A stretch of 64,000 bases of DNA. It comes from Octopus sinensis (taxonomy: Eukaryota). A program made the translations under genes and the position numbers. The stretch lies in NCBI RefSeq assembly GCF_006345805.1, contig NC_042998.1:199826001-199890000 (forward strand), given 5' to 3'. The notes under the pieces were generated by a model that worked only from the letters and a program-made list of their open reading frames with translations, made no database searches and had not been told where the DNA came from. Positions 1 through 12,293 of the stretch are shown in pieces (position 1 is the stretch's first letter; every line of letters starts with the position of its first letter).

Positions 1-121
1 TGCTTGTGCACCATCGCCTCAATACTCAAGACATCAGCTTTCCTCAGGACCTGCGTGTCTGGAGTTTTTAAGCTTCGGCTAACATGCAGAGTGTGTCTCA
101 GACATCTCTGATGAAATTGCT
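1..121 (-). mobile_element. RTE-clade LINE fragment (C-terminal to RT), cut by window edge
   Basis: Minus strand translates [40 protein letters not shown], resembling the RTE 'FHxRCLRxIL...TxVLxxAxxxSIEAM' segment. Confidence 0.75.
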
Positions 122-122
122 C

Positions 123-403
<281 letters not shown>

Positions 404-409
404 AGCATT

Positions 410-748
410 GTGAAGGCGCATGGCTCAGTGGTTAGAGCGTCGAGTCTTACGATCGTGAGTTTTGAGCTCGAATCCCGGACCGTGCTGCGTGTTTGTTCTT
501 GAGCAAACACTTTATTTCACGTTGCTCCAGTTCACTCAGCTGTAAAATGAGTTGCGACGTCACTGGTTCCAAGCTGTATCGACCTTTGTCTTTTCCTTGG
601 ATAACACTGTGGCGTGGAGAGGGGAGGCTGGTATGCATGGGCGACTGCTGGCCTTCCATAAACAACCTTGCCCAGGACTTGTGTCTAGGAGGGTAACTTC
701 TAGGTGCAATCCCATGGTCATTCATGACCGAAGGGGTGTCTTTACCCC
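410..748 (+). mobile_element. tRNA-derived SINE with CORE-like central block
   Basis: A-box TGGCTCAGTGG (421), B-box-like CTCGAATCC, then cttgagcaaacactt...cagctgtaaaatgag; a decayed relative lies at ~5190-5330. Confidence 0.8.
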
Positions 749-1039
749 TTATATTAGGAGCCCTTAATGTATAACACTACATGAATAATATTTTTCTATA
801 TGATAATATTTTTGTCTTATGACTAATTCGTCTTTTTTGCTGGGCACCTGGTATAAATAATATTACACCCTTCTTGTTTATATTCGCATATTACATGATG
901 ATTTATTCGTAAAATTCTTCCCGGCATGCCCTATACTGCCGTGTAAGTTTTGCGTCTGCGCAGAGATTTGAAAAGTAAGATCTTGCTAGTAGTCGAGATC
1001 AACACATGTCCCACATCGCTGCAGACCTCGATCAATTTA

Positions 1040-1117
1040 GGCGACTCGCTGACGAGCTAGCCTTAGCACATATTCTGTGTTTTGCTAGAAAGAAGCAGAA
1101 ACCGCGGTCGAGTTGTT
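1040..1117 (+). ncRNA. Type I hammerhead ribozyme motif, copy 1
   Basis: ggcgactcg-CTGACGA-gct...agca-GAAA-C-CGCG-GTC-gagttgtt; helix I arms are complementary. Confidence 0.75.
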
Positions 1118-1486
1118 AAAGTTATCGGTAAACGTTTTTGATTTTCACTCTCGATAAATTCATCCCCTTTTTGTGTTCCCCCACTCGGCATCTTAATTTA
1201 GGAGCCCTTAACTGTATAACTACATGAATAATATTTTTCTATATGAATAATATTTTTGTCTTATGACTAATTCGTCTTTTGTGCTGGGCACCTGGTAGTA
1301 AATAATATTACTACCCTTCTTGTTTATATTCGCATATTACATGATGGATTTATTCGTAAAATTCTTCCCGGTATGCCCTATACTGCCGTGTAAGTTTTGC
1401 GTCTGCGCAGAGATTTGAAAAGTTAAAATCTGCTAGTAGTCGAGATCAACACATGGTCCACATCGCTGCAGACCTCGATTCATTTA

Positions 1487-1567
1487 GGCGACTCGCTGAC
1501 GAAGCTAGCCTTAGCAAACATATTCTGTGTTTTGCTAGAAAGAAGCGAAACCGCGGTTCGAGTTGTT
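1487..1567 (+). ncRNA. Type I hammerhead ribozyme motif, copy 2
   Basis: ggcgactcg-CTGACGA-agct..tagcaaacata-ttc-tgtgttttgcta..agc-GAAA-C-CGCG-GTT-cgagttgtt; 9-bp helix I with G-U pairs; predicted cut after 1558. Confidence 0.8.
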
Positions 1568-1931
1568 AAAGTTATCGGTAAACGTTTTTGATTTTCACTC
1601 TCGATAAATTTATCCCCTTTTTGTGTTCCCAGCACTCGGCATCTTAATTTAGGAGCCCTTAATTGTATAACTAATGAATAATATTTTTCTATATGAATAA
1701 TATTTTTGTCTTATGACTATTCGTCTTTTGTGCTGGGCAACTGGTAGTAAATAATATTACTACCCTTCTTGTTATATTCGCATATTACATGATGGATTTA
1801 TTCGTAAAATTCTTCCGGCATGCCCTATACCTGCCGTGTAAGTTTTGCGTCTGCGCAGAGTTGGAAAAGTTAAGATCTGCTAGTAGTCGAGATCAAAAGG
1901 TCCCACATCGCTGCAGACCTCGATTCAATTT

Positions 1932-2010
1932 GGCGACTCGCTGACGAGGCTAGCCTAGCAAACTATATTCTGTGTTTTGCTAGAAAGAAGCAACCGCGGT
2001 TCGAGTTGTT
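1932..2010 (+). ncRNA. Type I hammerhead ribozyme motif, copy 3 (GAAA box damaged)
   Basis: CTGACGA at 1941, but the 3' core reads agcaaccgcggtt and lacks GAAA. Confidence 0.55.
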
Positions 2011-2375
2011 CAAGTTATCGGTAAACGTTTTTGATTTTCACCTCGATAAATTCCTCCCCTTTTTGTGTTCCCAGCACTCGGCATATTTAGGAGCCCTTAA
2101 CTGTATAACTACATGAATAATACTTTTCTATATGAATAATATTTTTGTCTTATGACTAATTCGTCTTTTGTGCTGGGCACCTGGTAGTAAATAATATTAC
2201 TACTTCTTGTTTATATTCGCATATTACATGATGGATTTATTCGTAAAATTCTTCCCGGCATGCCCTATACTGCCGTGTAAGTTTTGCGTCTGCGCAGAGA
2301 TTTGAAAAGTTAAAATCTGCTAGTAGTCGAGATCAACACATGGTCCCACATCGCTGCAGACCTCGATTCAATTTA

Positions 2376-2457
2376 GGCGACTCGCTGACGAAGCTAGCCT
2401 TAGCAAACATATTCTTGTGTTTTGCTAGAAAAAGCAGAAACCGCGGTTCGAGTTGTT
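2376..2457 (+). ncRNA. Type I hammerhead ribozyme motif, copy 4
   Basis: ggcgactcg-CTGACGA(2385)...GAAA(2437)-C-CGCG-GTT-cgagttgtt; predicted cut after 2448. Confidence 0.8.
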
Positions 2458-2672
2458 AAAGTTATCGGTTAACGTTTTTGATTTTCACTCTCGATAAATT
2501 TATCCCCTTTTTGTGTTCCCAGCACTCGGCATCTTAATTTAGGAGCCCTTAATTGTATAACTAATGAATAATATTTTTCTATATGAATAATATTTTTGTC
2601 TTATGACTAATTCGTCTTTTGTGCTGGGCACCTGGTAGTAAATAATATTACTAACCTTCTTGTTTATATTCG

Positions 2673-2703
<31 letters not shown>

Positions 2704-2753
2704 ACATGTATGTATGCATGTGTGTATGTATGTATAATATATATATATACACG

Positions 2754-2785
<32 letters not shown>

Positions 2786-3717
2786 TACATACATACATAC
2801 ACACACAAATATGTGCATACACACGAGCGTCTGTGTCTGTATATGTATTATGAGTGTGTGAATGTATACGTTATATCTACTACATATGTTTTTAAATTCT
2901 TTCTGTGGGTGCGTTTGTGAATATTTTAACTAACACCTCCCACATCGTTTTATCGATTTCGATGAAACTTGACACGTGAGTAGAACTCATATCTGGAAAC
3001 ATCATGGCATACTCAGATTGTTGAAAAAGTCGATAATATATTCCTTGGAAGGGATCCTTATACATATCTAATACATTTTATTTTAAAAGCCAATAGAAAT
3101 ACTCCATTCACCCCTGGAAGGGATCCTTATATATAACCAAGGGGAATAACCCCAATCATTTTCCTAAATTGTTTAGTATACATCAAATTGAGTATGTTTA
3201 TTTCTTAGAATTTGAACTGTTACATTCATTCTCGCACTTTGTCCAGTACATCCCTTAAGCAAGTAAATAGTATTTTACTAAACAACAGATCCACTTATTT
3301 CTGTTAGTGTCTTATGAACTAATATACCAGCACTAGCACCCCTGAGGGTGATATTCTCTGGGAAGGCACAAACGTCCGTTTCAGAGTTATTTACATTGAA
3401 TTGTTATTATCTCATATTTGATTAGCCTGTTATTACGTAACATGCTGCACAATTTTAATATGTATACTATATTAGTATTTCCGCCTATGTTCTACAAAAT
3501 CTGAGAACGCATTAATGCCCTTTCCGGGGCTACTTTATTTAAATCCTTATATCGGATAACTAATTTCATGTTATTACATAACTGATTTCGTAAAAACAAG
3601 ATCCTATGTAAGACAGTTCGATATTCTCTATAAATGCACAAAAGTCGCTACATATTTTGTATTGTTGTTATTGGATTAGCGAAACAGTTATATATATATA
3701 TATATATATATATATAA

Positions 3718-4903
3718 GCGGGAAGAATATTGAGGACAATTAGCAAACAGAAGTGTGTCTTTTTCACTAGCAAGTCATCATTTAATTAGTAAATAATGGT
3801 GAGAGTGAGAGTGAAGTCGTTTCTATTTGCTATGGTGAGGAAAATGTATATTATATGTTTACCTTGTTGCTAATAGTAGACATCGTCAGAACGAAGATGT
3901 CAGACGTAGAGAGAAGAGTGAAAGATCAATGGTTACATCAAGAAAGTGAAGATCAAAGATTCGAGTGTCTTACATTATATTGGGGTTCGCAGATCGTTAA
4001 GTTCTCTTATGAGGTGGATGTGTAATATAAGTTAGTTGGACCTGTGATCTCATGTTTATTCAGTGACATGTCATGCACGTGCCTTTGACTCCTGGGGGTT
4101 CACCTGCGGTGCAATGTAAGGTAGCTAACCCTAATTAGGGAAAACCGGTGCTATTATAATGACCTAGGTGTCTATTGAAATAAAGGTTGTAGGTGGTTCG
4201 TATTATTACACAGAGCCATATATTGATGTAAAACATGGAACGAGCGTCGGTCCGATCTAGCGTGTAGAGAGACTCATTGCCGTTATAATATTTTGTTATG
4301 AAGAGTGCTTATAGAAAAAGAGGTTGGGAAGGGAAAGTTTGCTTGTATCTTAGGTGGCTCTCGGCTAAAAAAGAATTATATGCTTACGTAGGCTGGCTTA
4401 AGATGTACTGTAGATATATAATTATTAGTTTATTATGGGAGTTTGGAGTAGGGAACGTAGAATATGTTAGGTATTTTGTGTGTTCATCTATGATTTAAGT
4501 TTGGGTTGGTGTAAGTGGTTAATGGGAGGTAATGCGCTGATGAGTAAGTCTACTAGTAGGGGTGAGGCTAGTATAGTGATATGTACAGGATAGAGCGGGT
4601 TTAACGATACTTAGAGAAGACAAATTGCACTATATATAGACGAAAATATTTTCATTTATTTTATCCAGTGGAGACGGTTTAACCATTAATATTTTCAGGC
4701 GCTCTGTTAAACAGGAATCGTACACTTTATTAGCAGTGTTATTAGACGAGGTTGTTGCTAGGATGCGCGGTTTTAAACTATAATTAATTTTTTTATCCTT
4801 TAATTCCCAGATGTAGCAGGCCCTATAGAGTTTGCTTTACTTTTGTTTATAAAGCTAGATTGGTGAAAGTTGTATCTCAGTATTATTTGGTTTTTCGTGG
4901 CGC
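3718..4903 (-). mobile_element. Penelope-like element 3' portion (GIY-YIG C-terminus plus 3' region), decayed
   Basis: Minus strand reads ATKNQIILRYNFHQSSFINKSKANSIG..YIWELKDKKINYSLKPRILATTSSNNTANKVYDSCLTERLKILMVKPSPLDKINE; ends at a (TA)n tract near 3715. Confidence 0.75.
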
Positions 4904-5110
4904 ACTCACAAATAACCATACGAAATCGTATATAGGCCCCACGAAAAAGCAAATAATAATGAGATACAATTCACACCAATCAAGCTTTATAAATAGAAGT
5001 GAAGCAAACTCTACAGGGCTAAGTAGGTACATCTGGGATTTAAAAGATAAAAAAATAATTATAGATTAAAATGGTGCATCCTAGCAATCGCCTCGTCTTA
5101 TAACACTATA
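4904..5110 (+). mobile_element. Inverted Penelope-like GIY-YIG fragment
   Basis: ORF 4860-5069 contains KSYIGPTKKQIIMRYNSHQSSFINRSEANSTGLSRYIWDLKDK (YIG motif); diverged mirror image of 4740-4903. Confidence 0.8.
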
Positions 5111-6059
5111 TTGGATCTATATATTGTGATGATGATGATGATGATGATGATGGTGATATGTATGCATGCACGACTGTATGCGTATGAAAGCACGTGGCCA
5201 AGTGCCTTGTGCACTGGTTTCACGATCATAAATGTATGTATTTGATGAATGGAACGGATGACGTGATGTGTTTTTGAGCAAGGAGCGTTATCTCACGTGT
5301 CTCTAGTCTACACAGCTGGAAATAAGCATCTGGCCATATCACGTCCCTTTTTCACTTGATGTAGGGAATAAGAGAAAAATACAAGCGACCAGAAAATAGA
5401 GATGAAAACGTGAATGGAGAAGGAGGTGAATGAGGCTTCGAACCCTTTATCCTGCTAGATGATGAATGTTATTAAAGTTGAATGTTTACATCTAAACTTA
5501 TTAGCTTCGTAAGGTAGTCTAAATGAAGAAATGCTAAATTATATTAAACTGGGTGTATAATCTGATGAGTTGAACGCCTTTCAGTTCGATAATAAAAATG
5601 TGTTGAGTTGCTTACAGTATGTGAATATCTCCGATTTGGGTTTGAAATGGTCTGTATATTTCTTAGATCTTATAAGGGCGTCTTTCAGCTACAGAAAGTT
5701 TGGTTCTTATTGATCCATTTATTTATAGCTTAGATCTCTCCTTCGTACTTCACTAGATGATGTGTGGTATATTGCTGTCCTTCGGATTCCACTGATGGCT
5801 TATTCACTTTAACTCTTTCTAGTAAACTACGCGCTGGAAAAAAATGACAGTTGCCGTATCTCTGTACGAAGACAATTTCACGCTGACCAATATATTACTT
5901 TCAGATCTCTTATTTGGCAGAACAGAGGTAACTCAGGTTCGTAGAGAACTGAGCGAAACAAGCATGCCTGTATTCGTGGGTATGTATCTTGGTACTTCAC
6001 AGCAGTTTGGAGTGGGCATATTATGTGCCTTGTGTAAGTATAACATATTCATATATTTG

Positions 6060-6122
<63 letters not shown>

Positions 6123-6156
6123 GTGTGTATATACATACAACCATATATATATATAG

Positions 6157-6442
6157 AAGCACAGCAAAATTTAGATTCTATGGTACTTAACTTAAAGGCA
6201 CCAGAATTTGGTGTGGTATTATCCATATAAATCAAATGGGGTGATTATAATCAAAATAAGCAACAAGGATATGCAATGTAGTGTAGTACAATCGTTTCAT
6301 GCTACTTTATTTTAATCAACAATGTAAGTATTCCATCAGATTGCTCTACATTTTAAAATTTGATATAATACTTACATTGTTTAATAAATGAAGTAGCATG
6401 AAACGATTGTACCACACTACCGTGGATATCCTTGTTGCTTAT
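6157..6442. mobile_element. Fold-back element in (TA)n, probable Penelope-like terminus with a hammerhead 3' half
   Basis: Inverted arms ~6256-6343 and 6358-6442; GAAAC-GATT-GTA at 6400-6411 and its mirror image. Confidence 0.55.
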
Positions 6443-7070
6443 ATATATATATACACACACACATATATATATATATATATATTTATACAATATATATATA
6501 TATATATATACAAGCACACATACACTCATATATATATGTATGTTTGCATTTAGAAATTCCTATATATATTATAGTCAGTGTTTTCGCACGTATACAAACA
6601 GGCGCACTTTAATACATGTACACATGTACGAGCTGAACCTTCTCTATTATTACACTGCTTTTCTCATTTCCGTTATTTAGATAATACCGATATCTTTAGC
6701 TTATGTACTTTAAGTAAAGTTAACATTTTGTATTCCAATTTCAAAAGCCAGTTGTTGTTCTAGGCTTCAGAATATTGAATGCCACTAACAAAACTTTACA
6801 AAGGCATTGTTGCAAGTCGCTAATAACATGCTCATATTGCTGAAAAATGAAACATGTAGAGGAACAAGTAGTGCTGGTAGTATAATGACATGCTTTGTTT
6901 TGATATTAGTATTATATTCTAGACCTACTGTATTATAATCTGTTTTCTATTTATTAAAGAACGCTTGTCGCAAAGTAGTTTATACCTAGAGATATAATGT
7001 CTTTTTCTGTTAGTTGTTTCAGCCATGTCGTGGCCCAGCCTCGCAGGGTTTTTTCACCCCATATATATAT

Positions 7071-7126
<56 letters not shown>

Positions 7127-7132
7127 ATATAT

Positions 7133-7692
7133 GCGACGGGCTTTTTTCAGTTTCCGTCTAGCAAATACACTCGCAAAGCATTGGTCGACCAGAAGCCATA
7201 GTAGAAACACTTGCCCAAGGTGCCATGCAGCGGAACTGAATCCAGAACCATGTGTTTGGGAAGCAAGCTTCTTACTACACTGCCACGCCTGCTATGCTGA
7301 TATCCTTTTATATTGTTTAAGTAATTTAACTTTAGCCATGCTGGAGCACCGCCTTTAGTCGAACAAATCGACCTCAGGACTTATTCTTTGTACGCCTAGT
7401 ACATATTCTATTGGCCTCTTTTGACCAACCGGTAAGTTACGGGGACGTAAACACACCATCCTGGATTGTCAAACGATGGTGGAGGACAAACACCCACACA
7501 CACCCACACACACATACACACACAAATATATAAATATATATACGACATGCTTCTTTCAGTTTCCGTCTACCAAATCCACTCACAAAGCTTTGGTCGGCCC
7601 GAGGCTATAGGAGACACTTACCTAAGATGCTATGCAGTGGAACTGAACCCGGAATCATGTAGTTGCAAAGGAAGCTTCTAATTACACAGCCT
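7133..7692 (-). mobile_element. Two adjacent copies of the abundant tRNA-SINE family A (7133-7293 partial; 7305-7692)
   Basis: Reverse complement of the 11628-12032 copy (cacttgcccaaggtgcca, ccatgctggagcaccgcc). Confidence 0.85.
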
Positions 7693-8149
7693 ACGAAATT
7701 TAATTGTCGATGAAACCGATGTATTTGTGAGGAATTAAAGTGGTTTACTCAATAAATTAACTTTAAAAATTAATGCTTTGCACCAACCAGCCTCCCAGTT
7801 TCCCCCATATAATACTCAAATCATAAATTTGTAAACGCTATCGTTAGAAACGTTAGAAACCTATAGGAAATTTTCAGTGTGGGAATGTATATCTAAATAC
7901 GTTCATAATATTTTAATTGATTCGGCCAAATATTGTAACTGATGACTTTTTACCATTTCACAAGATATTCATTAACATCACCATGGATTACTACACAAAG
8001 ACATTGAAGAACAACGAAACGTGAGAAGAAATTAGTTTGCTAAGAGAAAATTACAATCACACGAAGAGACAAAACATATTAAAGGCCTTATGTAGTTTTG
8101 CAAAAGTTTCATTTAAATATGAAAGTATGCAATACTAATGTCGAACACA

Positions 8150-8240
8150 TCTGTTGCTACTAAATAAACATAAATGTAATCAGATTTTTAAGGCGAATTC
8201 AATAAAAATGAGTTATTCTTGTAAAAAAAAATTTGCTGTG
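8150..8240 (+). mobile_element. Penelope-like ORF remnant (linker between RT and GIY-YIG)
   Basis: HKCNQIFKANSIKMSYSC resembles the PLE motif HKLxKIFNRNTxKxSYSC. Confidence 0.55.
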
Positions 8241-8812
8241 TCATTATTTATTATCAAAATTGAAAGCAAAGCAATTTTGAGAGCTATGAATCTAATTAAA
8301 ACATCATCTTCCGTAAGTTTTACTACTTGTTATCTGCGACATGTATGGCAGAAAATATATATTGCATATTGCAATGGTATATTACTGGCGTATTCAATAT
8401 ATGGATACATTGAATATCATTCTTGAAAATATCAGATGCCTCTTTAGAAAAACATATTAATTTCTGAAGATGTGCAAAAAGAATGTTACAAGGGAAATTA
8501 TGACAACGCGTTTATACACATACTTTACAGAAATTTTGCATTTCGGAAAAAAAATGGAAAGAAAACAACCGGTAATCCTCTTCCAGAGAGAAAGCATACA
8601 TAACACGAATTCGAATTCAAAATAATTAGCCATTTCATAAATTTTTTTACAAACTTCTTATTTTCATTTATGTTTGTCACTTTACAACTGTATGTAGATA
8701 TTTTATCCACAGAAAACAACACTATTCTGACGTTAGAAAACATGACTTATGAAGAAAAATAATCATGCCTCACATCTATATCCCCCTCCCCACAGCGACA
8801 CACTTACACATT

Positions 8813-8850
<38 letters not shown>

Positions 8851-9424
8851 CATATATATATGTATGTATGTATGTATGTATATTCTGTACATATATATGT
8901 ATGCCTATGTATATACGTATATGTCTATATCTATCTATATATCTATCTATCTATCTATCTATCTTTCTATCTATATCTATATATATATATATATATATAT
9001 ATTATATCTGTCTATCTGTCTGTCTATGTGTTATAATATATATGAATATAATGCACACATACATTTGTGCATATACATATACATATAGTATATTATGTGA
9101 GTTTATATATGATGCAATATATAAAGATTAACTGAACAGATGTTGAATAAACAGGAAACATAAATTTCAGATCAAATGTCTACTATAAACTTTTGAATTA
9201 ATTTTTCTCTGAAACGCCATCTCTTTATATATATACACACGCAAATACATACATAAATCAGTTACATGATTCGTTAGAATCTAGGCATGTCAACAAATAG
9301 GCCTAGAGGAACAGCTGGGGGCTTAATGCTGAGCTCACAGTTAAGTGAGCTCAGTTAAGTAAATGAAAACTGTGTTTTTATTTGTTGCTGGCATACTGTG
9401 AGTATGTTTGTATATATATAATAT

Positions 9425-9488
<64 letters not shown>

Positions 9489-9523
9489 TATATATATATT
9501 ATATAATATATATATATATATAT

Positions 9524-9852
9524 GCAAATAGATGAAAGAATGGAGTTGAACGACGAATTAACAAAATTCCTTTATTTTATTTTCGACATATGTTTCGAGG
9601 GCTGCATATCTCTAATTTCGAAGGAATAAAGGGTGCATTATGCCGCCAAAATAAAGGAATTTTGTTAATTCGTCGTTCAACTCCATTCTTTCATTTATTT
9701 GTATTAAAAAAAACACACACAAATTTCCACACGATAGCACGTGATCTCTGCCCTAGGCATGTAGCTTCAACCGTGTTTTTCTGACGTGAATTTGCTACCC
9801 AGGTATCGGTTAACCGAATTATCCATAAGATAATTCATTCAACTACTCATTT
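9524..9852. mobile_element. Fold-back element in (TA)n with truncated hammerhead; same family as 49352-49945
   Basis: Arms ~9525-9580 and 9648-9702; minus strand atgcagccctc-GAAAC-ATAT-GTC-gaaaat; shares tttgctacccaggtatcggttaa with 49875-49898. Confidence 0.7.
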
Positions 9853-10032
9853 ATATAATATATATATATACATCCATCCATATATATATGTGCGTGTACA
9901 CGCACACACACACACACACAACACACACACATACACATATACACACATATAATTGTTAAACATGACACCAAACGTTAATGCAAGGCAAGCATCTCAAGTC
10001 ATATACAATATTACTATAGGAAGAAATTCAAA

Positions 10033-10088
10033 ATCTTACAGCTGTTTCTGGGAAATTCACGAGTATGCGATATTCCGTCATCAGAGAC
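10033..10088 (-). ncRNA. Type I minimal hammerhead ribozyme motif
   Basis: Minus strand gtct-CTGATGA-cggaatatcgc..gtgaatttccca-GAAAC-AGCT-GTA-agat; palindromic helix III loop. Confidence 0.75.
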
Positions 10089-10324
10089 AAATACGGGAAA
10101 TGAGAATGGTATATATTAATAAGTTGCCGACATAGAGGAAGGGAGTAAAAAAATAAAGAGATGGAAAGAAAGAATAAAAAAGAAGCATAAAAGTTCATAC
10201 TTCAAATTTCCGAAGTTATAGAAACCAGAGCCTGGGTCCTTAGGTGGAATTCTGCGTAGATCCGTCAGTGTAAGTCCTTAGGTCTAATCTTTCTAGATTG
10301 CTCCTAAGGACACCTGAGGACCTA

Positions 10325-10516
10325 GAAGCAGGAGGAAAGAATGAGAGATGGCTGTGGCGAAAGAGTCAGCTGTAGTTCGCCATTACATTCTGCCGGAACC
10401 GAGTGGAGCTTCGGTGTTTCATTCATAAACACACACATCGCCCGGTTTGAGATTCGAACACACGATCCCTCGACCGCGAGTCTGCTATTCTAATAACCAG
10501 GCCATGTGCCTCCACG
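10325..10516 (-). mobile_element. tRNA-derived SINE family C (5' part)
   Basis: Minus strand gtggaggcacatggcc...gttcgaatc; homologous to 51096-51280. Confidence 0.75.
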
Positions 10517-10801
10517 TGTGATGTATGTGTAGGTATATTCGATAAACACCGTCGTCGTGACGACGGTTATCAGTTTTTCTACACAGTTTGCTTCGTTCTT
10601 GTGACTACTAAAGCGGCATAATTACTTCGATACAAGATGCACGGATTTGTTGCACGACTTCGAAATATACGGTTGCAGAATGCACATGCGACGCTCATTA
10701 AGAAGATCGATGTGTGAGGTTCTTTCATCATTAAATATTCGTTCTCAATTCTCATTATATATTCATACATACATGCATACATACATACATACATACATAC
10801 A

Positions 10802-10833
<32 letters not shown>

Positions 10834-10919
10834 CATACATACATACATACATACATATACATACATACATACATACATACATACATACATACATACATAC
10901 ATACATACATGCATGCATT

Positions 10920-11625
10920 CGAGGCGACAAGTCGCGTATTTGGCGTGGGAGTCTATTTATTGAAAATGCGATGAATACTATCTCCAGCTTTGGAGCCACA
11001 ACTAGTAGCCTTGTTAAATGGCATCACAGTATTATTTACAGATGAGACATGACGTTGTATCTAGGACACTCTATAATGAAATCTGTCGGAAGGATAAATC
11101 CGATGACAAAGAGTTGAAATCCTACAATATGGTAGAAGCTGTAGCCACACATAATGAAAAGGAATATTGGTGGAATGAACCAGTGAAGACCTCAATAAAA
11201 TGCAAAGAAAACAAACCTGATATATTGATTCGGTACGGAGAAGAGAAACTGTTTACAGTTGTGGAAATTAGCTGCCCAGCAGATGTGAATATAGCGTTGA
11301 AGATCAGTGAAAAAGGGAATATCCATGCTGAACTATTGAGGAATCTACAGTTACTCTATCCATATTACAAGTTCAGGTTTATCCCTGTAATTATTGTGGC
11401 CCTAGGATATGTAACACACTGCCTAAGTAACAACCTTGAGAAGTTAGGCTTCTCAGAACCAGTAAGGAGAAAGCTAATTCGAATGTTACTGATCCAATCC
11501 ACTACTGGAACTGTAAAAATCTGTAAAAGTTTCCAGAACGTTATCATTGAAATATATATGTGCATGTCTAGATATGTAACTCTATGCATGAGAATACATA
11601 CATAAAACAAACAAATCTGCACATA
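10920..11625 (+). mobile_element. R4/Dong-clade non-LTR retrotransposon 3' fragment (restriction-like endonuclease domain)
   Basis: ORF 11018-11605 has RHD..WW..NKPDI..VEISCP..IPVIIVALG; preceded by (TACA)n. Confidence 0.8.
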
Positions 11626-11627
11626 AT

Positions 11628-12032
11628 TGCGCAGGAGTGGCTGCGTGGTAAGTAGCTTGTTTACCAACCACATGGTTCCGGGTTCAGTCCCACTGCGTGG
11701 CATCTTGGGCAAGTGTCTTCTGCTATAGCCTCGGGCAGACCAATGCCTTGTGAGTGGATTTGGTAGATGGAAACTGAAAGAAGCCTGTCGTATGTATATA
11801 TGTATATATATATGCATGTGTGTATGTTTGTGTGTCTGTGTTTGTCCCCCTAGCATTGCTTGACAACCGATGCTGGTGTGTTTACGTCCCCGTCACTTAG
11901 CGGTTCGGCAAAGAGACTGATAGAATAAGTACTTACAAAGAACAAGTCCCAGGGTCGAGTTGCTCGACTAAAGGCGGTGCTCCAGCATGGCCACAGTCAA
12001 ATGACTGAAACAAGTAAAAGAGTAAAAGAGTA
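11628..12032 (+). mobile_element. Full-length tRNA-SINE family A
   Basis: A-box TGGCTGCGTGG, B-box GGTTCAGTCC, cttgggcaagtgtctt, internal TA/TG tract, (gtaaaaga)n tail. Confidence 0.9.
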
Positions 12033-12164
12033 TACATACATACATACATACATACATACATACATACATACATACATACATACATACATACATACATACA
12101 AACATACATACATACAGACATACATACAGACATACATACATACATACATACATACATACAGACA

Positions 12165-12196
<32 letters not shown>

Positions 12197-12215
12197 CATA
12201 CATACATACAGACAG

Positions 12216-12246
<31 letters not shown>

Positions 12247-12256
12247 CATACATACA

Positions 12257-12293
<37 letters not shown>

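Larger units (their letters stand above)
754..2672 (+). repeat. Tandem array of ~445-bp units (4.3 copies), each full unit with a hammerhead motif (retrozyme / Penelope pLTR-like)
   Basis: taggagccctt recurs at 755, 1199, 1650, 2088 and 2540 (periods 444/451/438/452); units differ mostly by 1-bp indels; array ends in (TA)n at 2672. Confidence 0.95.

Noticed and set aside
410-490. tRNA gene
   Set aside because: A/B boxes are present, but there is no proper cloverleaf and it continues into a SINE body; the same applies at 11628, 34515 and 51096
2338-2362. atggtcccacatcgctg resembles part of the HDV ribozyme
   Set aside because: No P1, P1.1 or P2 partner (gggac) could be found; probably coincidence
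754-2672. CRISPR-like or plain satellite reading of the array
   Set aside because: There are no unique spacers and the context is eukaryotic; whole units repeat and carry a structured ribozyme motif
2885-3270. Helentron-like segment (cgatttcgatgaaacttgacac) with short direct repeats
   Set aside because: Termini could not be defined
5915-5970. Possible hammerhead (ctcag-gttc..gaac-tgag-cGAAAC)
   Set aside because: The CUGANGA box and GUH site are not intact; at best a decayed remnant
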